Assembly (NCBI GenBank): GCA_963777605.1
Contig: CAVZRV010000011.1
Location: 32,001-96,000 of the forward strand
Direction of reading: 5' to 3'
Length of the DNA: 64,000 nucleotides
Origin: an uncultured Acidobacteriota bacterium
GTDB lineage: Bacteria > Acidobacteriota > UBA6911 > RPQK01 > JAPXNP01
Every line of letters starts with the position of its first letter. The stretch's first letter is position 1. This document shows positions 52,773 through 62,322 of this stretch, piece by piece. The position numbers were made by a program, and so were the translations under genes. The notes below the pieces were generated by a model that worked only from the letters and a program-made list of their open reading frames with translations, ran no database searches and was not told where the DNA came from.

Positions 52773-54388
52773 AGCAGCCCCTCCGGTTCCTCACCTGGAT
52801 CGCGGTTGGAACGCTCGTATTCGGTGGCCCCGGCCTGGCCCAGGGAATCACGGAGACCAAGCACAACCTCTCGGTCAAGGGACTCGACTCCGAGAACCGG
52901 ATTTGCGTCTTCTGTCACGTGCCGCACAATGCCAGTCCGGTGGCGCCACTCTGGAACCGGGAGCAGCCGGCTGCTACCTACCAGACCTACTCCAGCACGA
53001 CGGAGGATGCTGTTGTGGGACAGCCCAACGGAAGCTCCAAGCTCTGCCTCAGCTGTCATGACGGGACCGTCGCCATGGGCCAGGTGTTCAACCCGGACTC
53101 CAGAATCAGCCGTGGCACGACCCTGTCGGGAAGGGCAAACCTGACCACCGGCCTCGCGGACGATCACCCGATCTCATTTCGATATGACTCGCGCCTGGCC
53201 TCACAGGACCCAGACCTGCTCCACCCCTCTCTTTTGACCGGGGAGCGGGTTCAGCTCGATACTTCGGGCCGGATGCAGTGCACCAGTTGTCACGATCCCC
53301 ACGGGAGCCGCTACCCCCAGTTCCTCGTCGTCACCAACCGGGGTTCCGACCTCTGCATCACCTGCCACCGAAAGCCATACTGGAGCAACTCGTCACACGC
53401 GACCTCGGGCCGGGAATGGGGCATGTCTGGAATCGACCCGTGGCCCCATACAGACTTCACGTCGGTTTCAGCGAATGCCTGCGAGAACTGCCACACCCCG
53501 CACGGAGCGGGGACCGCCTCCCGCCTGCACACCTACTCGGCCGAGGAGGACGGCTGTTTCGTGTGCCACGACGGAAGCGTGGCGATCAAGGATGTCCAGG
53601 CGGATTTCTCACTGCCCTTCCGGCACCCGGTCGCGGACCATGCAGGGGTCCACGATCCACGCGAAGACCCTCGTGTCATGGGCAGGCATGTCGAATGCGC
53701 CGATTGCCACAACCCGCATGCCGTAATCCACGCCGATCCGGTGCGGGACGTTCCGGGAGTCTCCATCGACGGGACCGACCTATCTCAAGCCTCGTCCTTG
53801 TACGAGGTTTGTTTCCGCTGCCATGCGGACGGGCCGAATGTTCCCGCGCCGTCGATCGCCCGGCAGATCCTGCAGAACAACGTCAGGCTCAAATTCACGC
53901 TGGGTAACCCCTCTTACCACCCGGTCGCAGGTCCGGGCCTGAACCCCGACGTACCGAGTCTCCGTCCTCCTTTGACCGAGTCCTCGGTGATTGGTTGTGA
54001 GCGCTGTCATCGTACCCACGGTTCGGCCGAATTCGCCCTGCTCAACAACGACTACCGGACGGCGGACGGAACCGCGGAAAACTACCAGGCCTACTCGCTC
54101 TGCTACCAGTGCCACGACCGCTCCAGCATCCTCGCGGACCAATCCTTTCCAAGACACAATCTTCACGTCGATGGCGAGAGGGCACCCTGCTCGGCCTGCC
54201 ACGATCCCCACGGGATCAGTTCCACGCAGGGCAACAGCACCAACAACTCACACCTGATCAACTTCGATGTTTCGATCGTCCAGGCGGTCCCGGAAACGGG
54301 CAGGCTCGAATTGGTGGACCTGGGAACCGGCCAGGGAAGCTGCTACCTCTTGTGTCACGGCGTCCTGCACGACCCGATGTCGTACTGA
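52769..54388 (+). CDS. Multiheme cytochrome c: N-terminal OmcE-like tetraheme domain plus 8 further hemes (11 CxxCH + Cx3CH)
   Basis: TKHNLS, ICVFCHVPHNA, PLWNR, SKLCLSCHDG, LADDHPISF, CTSCHDPH, LCITCH, then a C-terminal heme chain. Confidence 0.9.
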   Translation: MKQPLRFLTWIAVGTLVFGGPGLAQGITETKHNLSVKGLDSENRICVFCHVPHNASPVAPLWNREQPAATYQTYSSTTEDAVVGQPNGSSKLCLSCHDGTVAMGQVFNPDSRISRGTTLSGRANLTTGLADDHPISFRYDSRLASQDPDLLHPSLLTGERVQLDTSGRMQCTSCHDPHGSRYPQFLVVTNRGSDLCITCHRKPYWSNSSHATSGREWGMSGIDPWPHTDFTSVSANACENCHTPHGAGTASRLHTYSAEEDGCFVCHDGSVAIKDVQADFSLPFRHPVADHAGVHDPREDPRVMGRHVECADCHNPHAVIHADPVRDVPGVSIDGTDLSQASSLYEVCFRCHADGPNVPAPSIARQILQNNVRLKFTLGNPSYHPVAGPGLNPDVPSLRPPLTESSVIGCERCHRTHGSAEFALLNNDYRTADGTAENYQAYSLCYQCHDRSSILADQSFPRHNLHVDGERAPCSACHDPHGISSTQGNSTNNSHLINFDVSIVQAVPETGRLELVDLGTGQGSCYLLCHGVLHDPMSY

Positions 54389-54515
54389 GTAGCCGGCAAC
54401 AGCTCGCACTTCGTGCTTTGGTTTGGTCTTTCGACATCGGAATTCGGCTTCGCGTTCGACGTATCGCGGCTCCACGCTCTACGTTCCACATTCCGGGATC
54501 CGTTTCGGCCGAATT

Positions 54516-55421
54516 TCAGGAGTGCTTGAGAAAGGTTCCCTGGCGGTACTCTTCGAAGGCTTCCCGAAGCTCCTCGCGGGTATTCATCACGATCGGCCCG
54601 TACCAGGCCACCGGCTCGCGCAGCGGTTTTCCCGAAACGAGCAGGAAACGGACCCCCTTGTCACCCGCAGTGACGACGACTTCGTCGCCCGAGTCGAAGA
54701 GTACCAGGGAACGGTTGTCCACCTCAGCCGCCGGGGAAACGTCGCTCCAGCCCATGCCTTCGGTCGGAACCGCGAGCGGCTCCGAGGCATTGCAGAACTT
54801 CCCCGAACCCTCGAAGACGTAGGCAAAACCCTGCCGCCAGGTCTCAACCGGAATACTTCTCTTTACGCCCGGCGGAACCCGGACGTCGATGTAGGTCGGC
54901 CGTGCCGCGATTCCGTCCACCGGCCCCGAAACTCCCCAGATTTCTCCGCAAATCACGCGGACCGCAGTCCCGTCATCCTCGACAGCTTCGGGGATACTGG
55001 CAGCGGCAATTTCCTGATAGCGGGGATGGGTCATCTTTAGGGAGGAAGGAAGATTGGCCCAGAGCTGAAATCCGTGCATCCGTCCCTGTCCGTCTCCGCG
55101 CGGCATTTCCTGGTGAATGATGCCGCTTCCGGCCGTCATCCACTGGACGTCACCCGGTCCGATGGTTCCCTGGTTTCCCATGCTGTCTCCATGGTCCACG
55201 TTTCCAGCCAGGACGTAGGTGATCGTCTCGATTCCCCGGTGGGGATGCCACGGGAAGCCCCCCGCGTAGTCTTCGGGCTTCTCGTTTCGAAAATCATCGA
55301 GAAGAAGGAACGGGTCGAAATCTTCAGTGTCACCAAATCCAAATGCCCGTCTCAGGCGCACTCCGGCGCCCTCAATGGTTGGCTTGGCCTTGGCGATTCG
55401 CCGAACGGGCCGAATAGACAT
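54516..55421 (-). CDS. Pirin family protein
   Basis: DPFLLLD, FPWHPHRGIET, QWMTAGSGIIHQE, GPIVMNT. Confidence 0.95.
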   Translation of the reverse strand: MSIRPVRRIAKAKPTIEGAGVRLRRAFGFGDTEDFDPFLLLDDFRNEKPEDYAGGFPWHPHRGIETITYVLAGNVDHGDSMGNQGTIGPGDVQWMTAGSGIIHQEMPRGDGQGRMHGFQLWANLPSSLKMTHPRYQEIAAASIPEAVEDDGTAVRVICGEIWGVSGPVDGIAARPTYIDVRVPPGVKRSIPVETWRQGFAYVFEGSGKFCNASEPLAVPTEGMGWSDVSPAAEVDNRSLVLFDSGDEVVVTAGDKGVRFLLVSGKPLREPVAWYGPIVMNTREELREAFEEYRQGTFLKHS

Positions 55422-55472
55422 AACGCGCCTTTCGAATGCTGATTGATGCGAAAAGACGGGCGCAAAATGCAA

Positions 55473-55507
55473 GCACCGCCGAGGGCATTATAACCCTCCG
55501 GCGGTGC
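55473..55507 (-). terminator. Hairpin between the cytochrome c554-like gene and pirin
   Basis: GCACCGCCGAGGG-N8-CCCTCCGGCGGTGC. Confidence 0.5.
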
Positions 55508-55532
55508 CTGGTTAGAAACGGGTCAGGTTGGA

Positions 55533-56081
55533 TTAGCTCGCGGGAACGGGATGCTTGATCTTCGCCCATGCTTCCGCGTAGTTGAATTTCTTGTAAGTCG
55601 GGCTCTCGGGATTGTGGCATGTGACGCAGAACTTCTCACCATCCTCGTGGAGCAGGAGCCCATTCTCAAGAGCCAGTTTCTTGTCCTTCATGATCTTCAT
55701 GTTCTTGTAGGCGGAACCCGGACCGTGGCAGGATTCGCACTGGACACCATCTTCTTGCGAATAACGCTTTCCGATCAGGGAAGCATCAACGTTGAAGGCC
55801 GGAGCATGGCACTTCAAGCAGGCAGCCGCCTTCTCGGGCGCTCCCACTCCCTTTTCGGTCGCGATCGCCTTGGCCTTGTCGGTCAGGAGAGTCTTGTAGG
55901 CCTGGGCGTGAGAGCTCGCCTGCCAGATCTTCAACTGCTCACCCTGCTTCGCCGACTTATGGCACATCCCACAAACGGCGGTACCTTCATAGGAGTACTT
56001 TCCCTGGGCCGCCACGTTCCAGAAACAGAAGATGGACAGGACGGCAAAATTCAGCAACTTTAAACTCGTTCTCGTGCTCAC
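55533..56081 (-). CDS. Tetraheme cytochrome c554-family protein
   Basis: Signal peptide; CGMCH..W..S.HA.A, CLKCH, GVQCESCHGPGS, CVTCH. Confidence 0.88.
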   Translation of the reverse strand: MSTRTSLKLLNFAVLSIFCFWNVAAQGKYSYEGTAVCGMCHKSAKQGEQLKIWQASSHAQAYKTLLTDKAKAIATEKGVGAPEKAAACLKCHAPAFNVDASLIGKRYSQEDGVQCESCHGPGSAYKNMKIMKDKKLALENGLLLHEDGEKFCVTCHNPESPTYKKFNYAEAWAKIKHPVPAS

Positions 56082-56249
56082 TTCAGGTCCTCCAATCAAA
56101 TCGAAAAAAACCGGATAAAAACGAGCGCCTGACGAAGCATAAATATCTTACAGGCGCTTCGATCGAGTCAAGAAACTATTCTCCATCCTGCTTGCTGCGC
56201 GCGAACCGGCTCAGATGGTCAATTCGTCCGACCGCAAACCCTGTAACTT

Positions 56250-56560
56250 TCAGGGGATCGGGTGAATCCGAATTCGACGGTATTCCATCTGACCGCCATC
56301 TCCCTCGAGGCCGATTGGTCCTCTATCCGGAACAGCGAGGGCGGACTCGACGACTTCACCGTTGCAGGCACAGCGTGCCGTAGTCCCATTGACTGTGATG
56401 ACAAGTTCATTCCAAAGTTGCGACTGATACCGCTTAAGCTCCTTGTAAGGCCCGGCCAGGGGATAATCTCGACACTGAAGCTGCACGCCGCAAATGAACA
56501 CCCCGCTGTCCGCATTCGGAGTGGCCCGGAATTCGAGTTTCAGGTCAGCGGGGCCCCCGG
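56250..56560 (-). pseudogene. C-terminal fragment of a DUF1080 protein
   Basis: LKLEFRATPNADSGVF, WNELVITV.G, GPIGLEG...YRRIRI; no N-terminus. Confidence 0.65.
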
Positions 56561-56874
56561 CGGCGCCGGACCATTCAAAGAGTGAAACTGGTGAAGCATC
56601 GCCAGATGAGCGCGCCAACGGCGCAGGGTCATTTCCAGCCCGGCGGCAACGCCCCGGGAATCGGAGCCAAGACGGCAATGCAGCACTGAAAGTGCGATTC
56701 AGTCCCGGCGGCGGACGGTTTCAGAAAAACCCGGAAATCAAGAATCCTGGATTGAGAAGGTTCACTTCCGCCGGGCAAGCTGCCCGGCCGCCATATCAGG
56801 CAGGGCTGCCTGGATTACTTTCCCTCCAGAAACGAGAAACCAGGAACCAGGAACTCATCTCGATTGAAGTTTCA

Positions 56875-57203
56875 GGTCCCGGCAAGGCGATCGCGGCCTG
56901 TAAGGTCGCGCCGATTCTTCACGACCGGAGAGCTGTGCCGCCCTTTCAGGCTGGATTCTTGATGGGTGGACCGTGCACCGAGGCAAATGCCTGGGCTGGA
57001 AACAGGCCCCCTTCAGGGGCCGGCCCGGCGCCGATCCCGTGATCATCACTCATCCACGTCTGGCATCGGACCAGGAACCAGGATCCAGCCGATAATCACG
57101 TCCCTGGCTCTCCACCGATCGCCCTAATTCCCATCCAAACGCGTCCAAATCGTCCAGGTTCTTCAACTCATCCCATCTTCAACTCATCCCAAATGAAGTT
57201 TCA
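56875..57203. repeat. REP/MITE-like element, copy 2 (inverted relative to 18679-18992)
   Basis: Reverse-complement match; 14-bp direct repeat TGAAGTTTCAGGTC at 56865 and 57194; 16-bp tandem duplication at 57160-57191. Confidence 0.88.
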
Positions 57204-57659
57204 GGTCAACTTGTTCTGAGAGCCGAGACGGCTGTCCAGCCAGCGGACCAGCTCTCCCCTCGGAAGGGCACCCGCAAGCTGATCAATCAGGCGTCCATCG
57301 TGAAACAGTACCAGCGTGGGAATAGATCGAATTCCAAACTGGTTCGCAAGGCCCGGTTCTTCTTCCGTGTTCACTTTGGCAATCTTGAGTCTGCCCACCC
57401 GTTCCCGTGCCAATTCCTCGAGGACCGGGGCAATCGTTCGACAAGGCCCACACCAGGCCGCCCAGAAATCGACGAGGACACTCCCCGGCCACTTCTCAAC
57501 CTCTTTCACGAAGTTTGCACCGGTAACACGGACCGGTTCTCCTACGAGTTGCAGAGGGGCCTTGCAGCGGCCACAGGTCGGCTGAAGAGAGGATCCGACC
57601 AATCGGACACGATTAATAGCTCCGCAGGAGGCGCAACGAATCAACAGTGGTTCGACCAT
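57201..57659 (-). CDS. trxC: Thioredoxin 2 (zinc-binding)
   Basis: CASC...CGRC zinc finger plus WCGPC. Confidence 0.93.
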   Translation of the reverse strand: MVEPLLIRCASCGAINRVRLVGSSLQPTCGRCKAPLQLVGEPVRVTGANFVKEVEKWPGSVLVDFWAAWCGPCRTIAPVLEELARERVGRLKIAKVNTEEEPGLANQFGIRSIPTLVLFHDGRLIDQLAGALPRGELVRWLDSRLGSQNKLT

Positions 57660-57811
57660 AGTGAATTTCTCCTTCCCCAGATTACCCGAGGGACGAGACA
57701 ATTGCGATTTCCGATCAGAGATTCTTGGGGCGCGATTTGTCACCCGTCGCCTGCTCCTTGCCAAAGTTGTCTTCAGGGACCTAAGATGGGCTCAATCCAT
57801 CTTGAGGTTTC

Positions 57812-58611
57812 ATGGACATTCAAGCCAGTCCCTTCGATCGTGCCTGTCTCGATGGCCAGGTCATATTGATTACGGGAGGGTGCGGGGCCCTCGGCCGGGC
57901 CGTCGTCGAGCAGCTTGCCGGGCACGGAGCCCGGGTCGTCGTCAACGACCTTCTCACCGAGCCGGACGCTGCTCCGCTCCTGCCCAAGTCCGAAAAGGTG
58001 GTCTACCTGCGGGCCGACGTGACCCGGGAAGCTGATGTCATCGCCCTGTTCGACCGTTCGGCGGCCCGATTCGAACGGATCACCACGGTTCTCTGTCACG
58101 CCGGTGTCTCGACTTCGGCCCCTTTTCCGGAGTACTCCCTGGAAGCCTGGCGGCGACTCCTGGACATTAACCTGACCGGAGCGTTCCTGGTTTCACGAGA
58201 GGCGGTTCGCCACATGCGACCGTGGTCGAGCCGCGAAAGCCCGGGCCGGATCGTCTTCACTTCATCCTGGGTTGAGAACGTGCCCTGGCCGGAAATCTCG
58301 GCCTACAGCGCGAGCAAAGCAGGCCTCCGGATGCTGATGCGCTCGGCGGCAAGGGAGGCTGCCCGGCACCACATTCTCTGCAACGGAATCGCTCCCGGAA
58401 TCGTGGCGGCCGGGAATGGCGTTGCGGCAGTGGGAGAACGAGCCGTCTTTCCGGACTCGCGCCCAGCGGGCGATTCCACTGGGATATCTCCAGGATCCGA
58501 GAAGCGTGGCTCAGGCGATTCGTCTTCCTCTGCTCGGACGCCGCGAGATACATGACCGGGGCGACGCTGCTCGTCGATGGAGGGTGCAGCCTCTATCCAA
58601 TGGACGAATAG
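57812..58611 (+). CDS. SDR-family oxidoreductase (frameshifts near 58410 and 58520)
   Basis: TGGCGALG, YSASK, NGIAPG; tail YMTGATLLVDGG in another frame. Confidence 0.85.
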
Positions 58612-58662
58612 TGTGCCTGGAAGGCTGGACAGCCCGCTGACCGGCTGGTAATTTGAGCCATC

Positions 58663-59559
58663 ATGATCAAGATCAGAATTGGATTCTTACTCGCAGTCTC
58701 TGTTTTTCTCCTGTCAATTGGAACCGGTGTTGGCCAGGACAGCTCCGGCAAACTCCACATCATCGTGTTCGGCGCCCATCCCGACGATCCCGAGAAAGTG
58801 GGCGGGACCATGGCCAAGTTCATCGAGCAGGGCCACAAGGTCCGACTCGTGTCGATGACCAACGGAAACGCCGGACACTTCAAAGAAGGTGGCGGTCCCC
58901 TGGCCCAGCGGCGCTACAAGGAAACCCAGTGCTCAGGCGGCGCAATCGGAGCCGAGTACATCGTCCTCGACAACGACGACGGCAAGCTCATGCCGACCCT
59001 GGAAAACCGGGAAAAGGTGATCAAGCTGATTCGCGAATTCGATGCCGACATCGTAATCAGCCCCCGGCCCAACGATTACCACCCCGACCACCGCAACACC
59101 GGTCTTCTGGTCCGCGATGCGGCCTACATGGTCACCGTTCCGAACATTGTTCCCCTGGTTCCGCACCTGCGCAAAAACCCGGTCTTCATGTACATGTCCG
59201 ACCGCTTCACCGAGCCCTCTCCCTTCGAGCCGGACATCGTCGTGGCGATCGACGACGTGATCGAGAAGAAGATCGACATGTATCACTGCCACACCTCGCA
59301 GATGTACGAGTGGCTGCCCTACAACCGGGCCAGACTGGAAGACGTGCCCACAGATCTCTCCAAGCGGCGTGAATGGATGGCCACAACGCGCGGCTTCCGA
59401 TCCTCCCGCCCGGGAGACCAGTACCGGGAGCTTCTCGTGAAATTGTATGGTCCCGAGAAGGGCAACCAGGTCAAGCAGGCTGAGGCTTTCGAGGTATCTG
59501 AGTACGGTTCCCAACCGTCGCTGGAAGAACTGAAGAAGCTCTTTCCCTTCTTCGACTAG
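58663..59559 (+). CDS. Secreted PIG-L family deacetylase
   Basis: GAHPDD, DYHPDH, HTSQ, AEAFE. Confidence 0.92.
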   Translation: MIKIRIGFLLAVSVFLLSIGTGVGQDSSGKLHIIVFGAHPDDPEKVGGTMAKFIEQGHKVRLVSMTNGNAGHFKEGGGPLAQRRYKETQCSGGAIGAEYIVLDNDDGKLMPTLENREKVIKLIREFDADIVISPRPNDYHPDHRNTGLLVRDAAYMVTVPNIVPLVPHLRKNPVFMYMSDRFTEPSPFEPDIVVAIDDVIEKKIDMYHCHTSQMYEWLPYNRARLEDVPTDLSKRREWMATTRGFRSSRPGDQYRELLVKLYGPEKGNQVKQAEAFEVSEYGSQPSLEELKKLFPFFD

Positions 59560-59599
59560 AAAGGGGTCGGGAAAGAATCGACGTCCGTCAGACGCGAAA

Positions 59600-59630
59600 G
59601 GAGCGGCGGCGGCTGAGCCGCCGCCGCTCC
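59600..59630. terminator. Perfect 14-bp GC-rich hairpin
   Basis: GGAGCGGCGGCGGC-TGA-GCCGCCGCCGCTCC, just upstream of the next RBS. Confidence 0.55.
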
Positions 59631-59644
59631 ACCCTGGAGGCATT

Positions 59645-60118
59645 ATGATTGAGCGAATCGAATTCCATCTTAACGGAGAGGATAAATCGCTGTCGGTTGA
59701 CCCGAACCGTCGCCTGCTCTGGGTGCTTCGTTCAGATCTCTCGCTAACCGGCAGCAAATATGGTTGCGGCAAAGGCCAATGCGGAGCCTGTACCGTACTC
59801 TTGGACAACCGGGCAGTCCGCTCCTGCCTGATTCCCATGCGCTCGGTCGCGGGGAAAGAGGTGGTGACGATTGAGGGCCTGGAAAAGAACGGCAAACTCC
59901 ATCCCGTTCAGCAGGCGTTCGTAGACCACGATGCACTCCAGTGCGGCATCTGTATCCCAGGGATGATCATGAACGCTTATGGTCTCCTGCTCAAGAACCC
60001 CGAACCGTCCGGGGAGGAGATTGTACGGGCCATGGAGGGCAACCTGTGTCGGTGTGGCACCTACAAGCGCATCCTCGCCGCCGTGGAGGATGCCTCGAAG
60101 AACCTGAGAGGAGCGTAG
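59645..60118 (+). CDS. (2Fe-2S) subunit of xanthine dehydrogenase-family oxidoreductase
   Basis: GCGKGQCGACTV, QCGIC.PG, NLCRCG. Confidence 0.95.
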   Translation: MIERIEFHLNGEDKSLSVDPNRRLLWVLRSDLSLTGSKYGCGKGQCGACTVLLDNRAVRSCLIPMRSVAGKEVVTIEGLEKNGKLHPVQQAFVDHDALQCGICIPGMIMNAYGLLLKNPEPSGEEIVRAMEGNLCRCGTYKRILAAVEDASKNLRGA

Positions 60119-60122
60119 GATC

Positions 60123-62291
60123 ATGAAACCGAAAACGGAACTCGAACTTTTCGACGAGCTCATGGAGCGGAACTTCCGCACCGACTTCACGCTTCCGCCC
60201 GTCCATCGGCGCGACTTTGTCAAACTGCTCGGCTCCGGGATCCTGATCCTGATCGCCGCACCTTCGTGGACTGAGGCCCAGGAAGGGGGCGGAGGCTGGG
60301 GAAGACGCCTTCCCGACGACTTCAACGCATTCCTCCGAATCGGCGAAGACGGCAAAGTCACCGGTTTCACCGGGAAGATCGAGATGGGGCAGGGGGTTAA
60401 TACCTCACTGGCTCAAATGCTCGCCGACGAACTCGACGTCACCGTGAACAGCGTGACCATGGTCATGGGAGACACCGATCTCTGTCCCTGGGACATGGGC
60501 ACTTTCGGCTCCATGACAACCCGCTTCTTCGGCCCCCCGTTTCGGGAGGCAGCCGCCGAGGCGAAAGCAGTCCTCGTGGAACTTGCATCGGAACGTCTGA
60601 ACATCCCGGCGGACCGGCTCAAGACCCGTGACGGAACGGTTTACGACGAAACTTCAGGGAAGAAAATCACCTACGCTGAACTCGCCCACGGGCAGAAAAT
60701 CGTTCGTCACCTCGAAGGCAAACCCAAACTCGAGACGCCGGCGGAATTCACTATCGTGGGAAAACCGCTGCTGAGGTGCGATGCGGAGGCAAAGGTCACC
60801 GGGAGAGCCCGCTATTCGGGCGACATGCTGCAGCCGGGCATGCTCTATGCGAGCGTCCTCCGACCTCCATCGCACCGTGCCAAGCTGGCCGACGTGGATC
60901 TTTCGGCAGCCCGCGCGGAGGAGGGGGCAACAGTAGTGGAGGATGGAGACCTGATCGCGGTCCTGCACTCCGCACCCGATCTCGCCGAGCGCACGGCCGA
61001 AAAGATCAGGGCCCGCTTTGAGATCTCCAAGGACGGAATCGACGACAAAAACATTTTCGACCACCTCCTCAAGGCCGCTCCCGCCGGGGAGACGGTTGCC
61101 CAGGGGGGCGACCTGGCCGCGGGAGAGAAGGCCGCCGAGGTAATCGCGGACGAAAGCTACCTCAACAGCTACGTGGCGCACGCTCCCATTGAACCGCACA
61201 CCGCCGTCGCCAGGATGGAGGGAGATCGCCTTCTCGTCTGGGCCTCCACCCAGAATCCGTTTCGCCTGAAAGAAGAAGCCGCACAGGCCACGGGCCTGCC
61301 GCCGGAGAAGGTCCGGGTCATCCCACCCTTCGTAGGGGGAGGATTCGGAGGAAAGACGGCCAATCGCCAGGCCGTGGAAGCCGCCCGGCTGGCCAAGCTC
61401 ACCGGGAAACCGGTTCAGGTCGGGTGGAACCGGGAGGAGGAGTTCTTCCTCGACACCTTTCGTCCCGCCGGAGTGGTCAAGATCAAGGCCGGGGCGACCC
61501 GGGACGGCACGATGACGCTGTGGGACTATGGTGTCTACGCCGCCGGCGAGCGAGGATCCCAGCAATTCTACAGTGTTCCCAACCACCGGACAGTGGTCTA
61601 TGGTTCGGGCTGGATGGGAGGACGGGACAACGGCCACCCCCTGGCAACCGGGGCCTGGCGGGCACCCGCGAACAACACCAACACCTACGCCCGCGAATCC
61701 CACATCGACGTCCTGGCTTCCAAGGCCGGGATGGACCCGGTCGAGTTCAGAATGAAGAACCTGACTGACCCGCGGATGAGGAGAGTCCTCGAGGCGGTTG
61801 CCGACAAGTTTGACTGGAAGCCGGAGAAAGCACCCAGCGGGCGAGGCCTCGGAGTGTCGCTCGGCATCGATGCCGGAGCCTACGTGGCGCATATCGCCGA
61901 AGTTGAAGTCGACAAGAAAACCGGGGCGATCAGGATTCGTCGAGTCGTCTGCGTGCAGGACATGGGTCTCTGCATCAACCCGGCCGGTGCTCACCTCCAG
62001 ATGGAAGGCTGCATCACGATGGGGCTGGGTTACGCCCTGGCCGAGGAGATCCGGTTCCAGAACGGGGCGGTTCTGGACAAGAATTTCGACACCTACAAGA
62101 TCCCGCGATTCTCCTGGTTGCCCGAAATCGAAACGGTCATTCTGGATCTCAAGGACGAGCCTCCCCAGGGTGGTGGCGAACCCGCGATCATCTCCATGGG
62201 TTCGGTGATCGCCAACGCCGTCTTCGACGCCACCGGAGCCCGGCTGCTCCAGCTCCCGATGACTCCGGACCGCGTAAAGACGGCACTTTGA
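60123..62291 (+). CDS. Molybdopterin-binding subunit (isoquinoline 1-oxidoreductase beta-like), Tat signal
   Basis: RRDFVK, EMGQG, GGGFGGK, WRAP, GGGEP. Confidence 0.92.
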   Translation: MKPKTELELFDELMERNFRTDFTLPPVHRRDFVKLLGSGILILIAAPSWTEAQEGGGGWGRRLPDDFNAFLRIGEDGKVTGFTGKIEMGQGVNTSLAQMLADELDVTVNSVTMVMGDTDLCPWDMGTFGSMTTRFFGPPFREAAAEAKAVLVELASERLNIPADRLKTRDGTVYDETSGKKITYAELAHGQKIVRHLEGKPKLETPAEFTIVGKPLLRCDAEAKVTGRARYSGDMLQPGMLYASVLRPPSHRAKLADVDLSAARAEEGATVVEDGDLIAVLHSAPDLAERTAEKIRARFEISKDGIDDKNIFDHLLKAAPAGETVAQGGDLAAGEKAAEVIADESYLNSYVAHAPIEPHTAVARMEGDRLLVWASTQNPFRLKEEAAQATGLPPEKVRVIPPFVGGGFGGKTANRQAVEAARLAKLTGKPVQVGWNREEEFFLDTFRPAGVVKIKAGATRDGTMTLWDYGVYAAGERGSQQFYSVPNHRTVVYGSGWMGGRDNGHPLATGAWRAPANNTNTYARESHIDVLASKAGMDPVEFRMKNLTDPRMRRVLEAVADKFDWKPEKAPSGRGLGVSLGIDAGAYVAHIAEVEVDKKTGAIRIRRVVCVQDMGLCINPAGAHLQMEGCITMGLGYALAEEIRFQNGAVLDKNFDTYKIPRFSWLPEIETVILDLKDEPPQGGGEPAIISMGSVIANAVFDATGARLLQLPMTPDRVKTAL

Positions 62292-62322
62292 CCTCTGGAC
62301 TGTTCACGGCTTGACTTCCGCT

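Noticed and set aside
57160-57191. Short direct repeats as a CRISPR array
   Set aside because: A single 16-bp tandem duplication without spacers; no cas genes. I noticed no CRISPR array, tRNA or rRNA elsewhere in the window
60654-61994. Long antisense ORFs (e.g. 446 aa here, 23834-24946, 40317-41492)
   Set aside because: Shadow ORFs opposite well-supported genes in high-GC DNA
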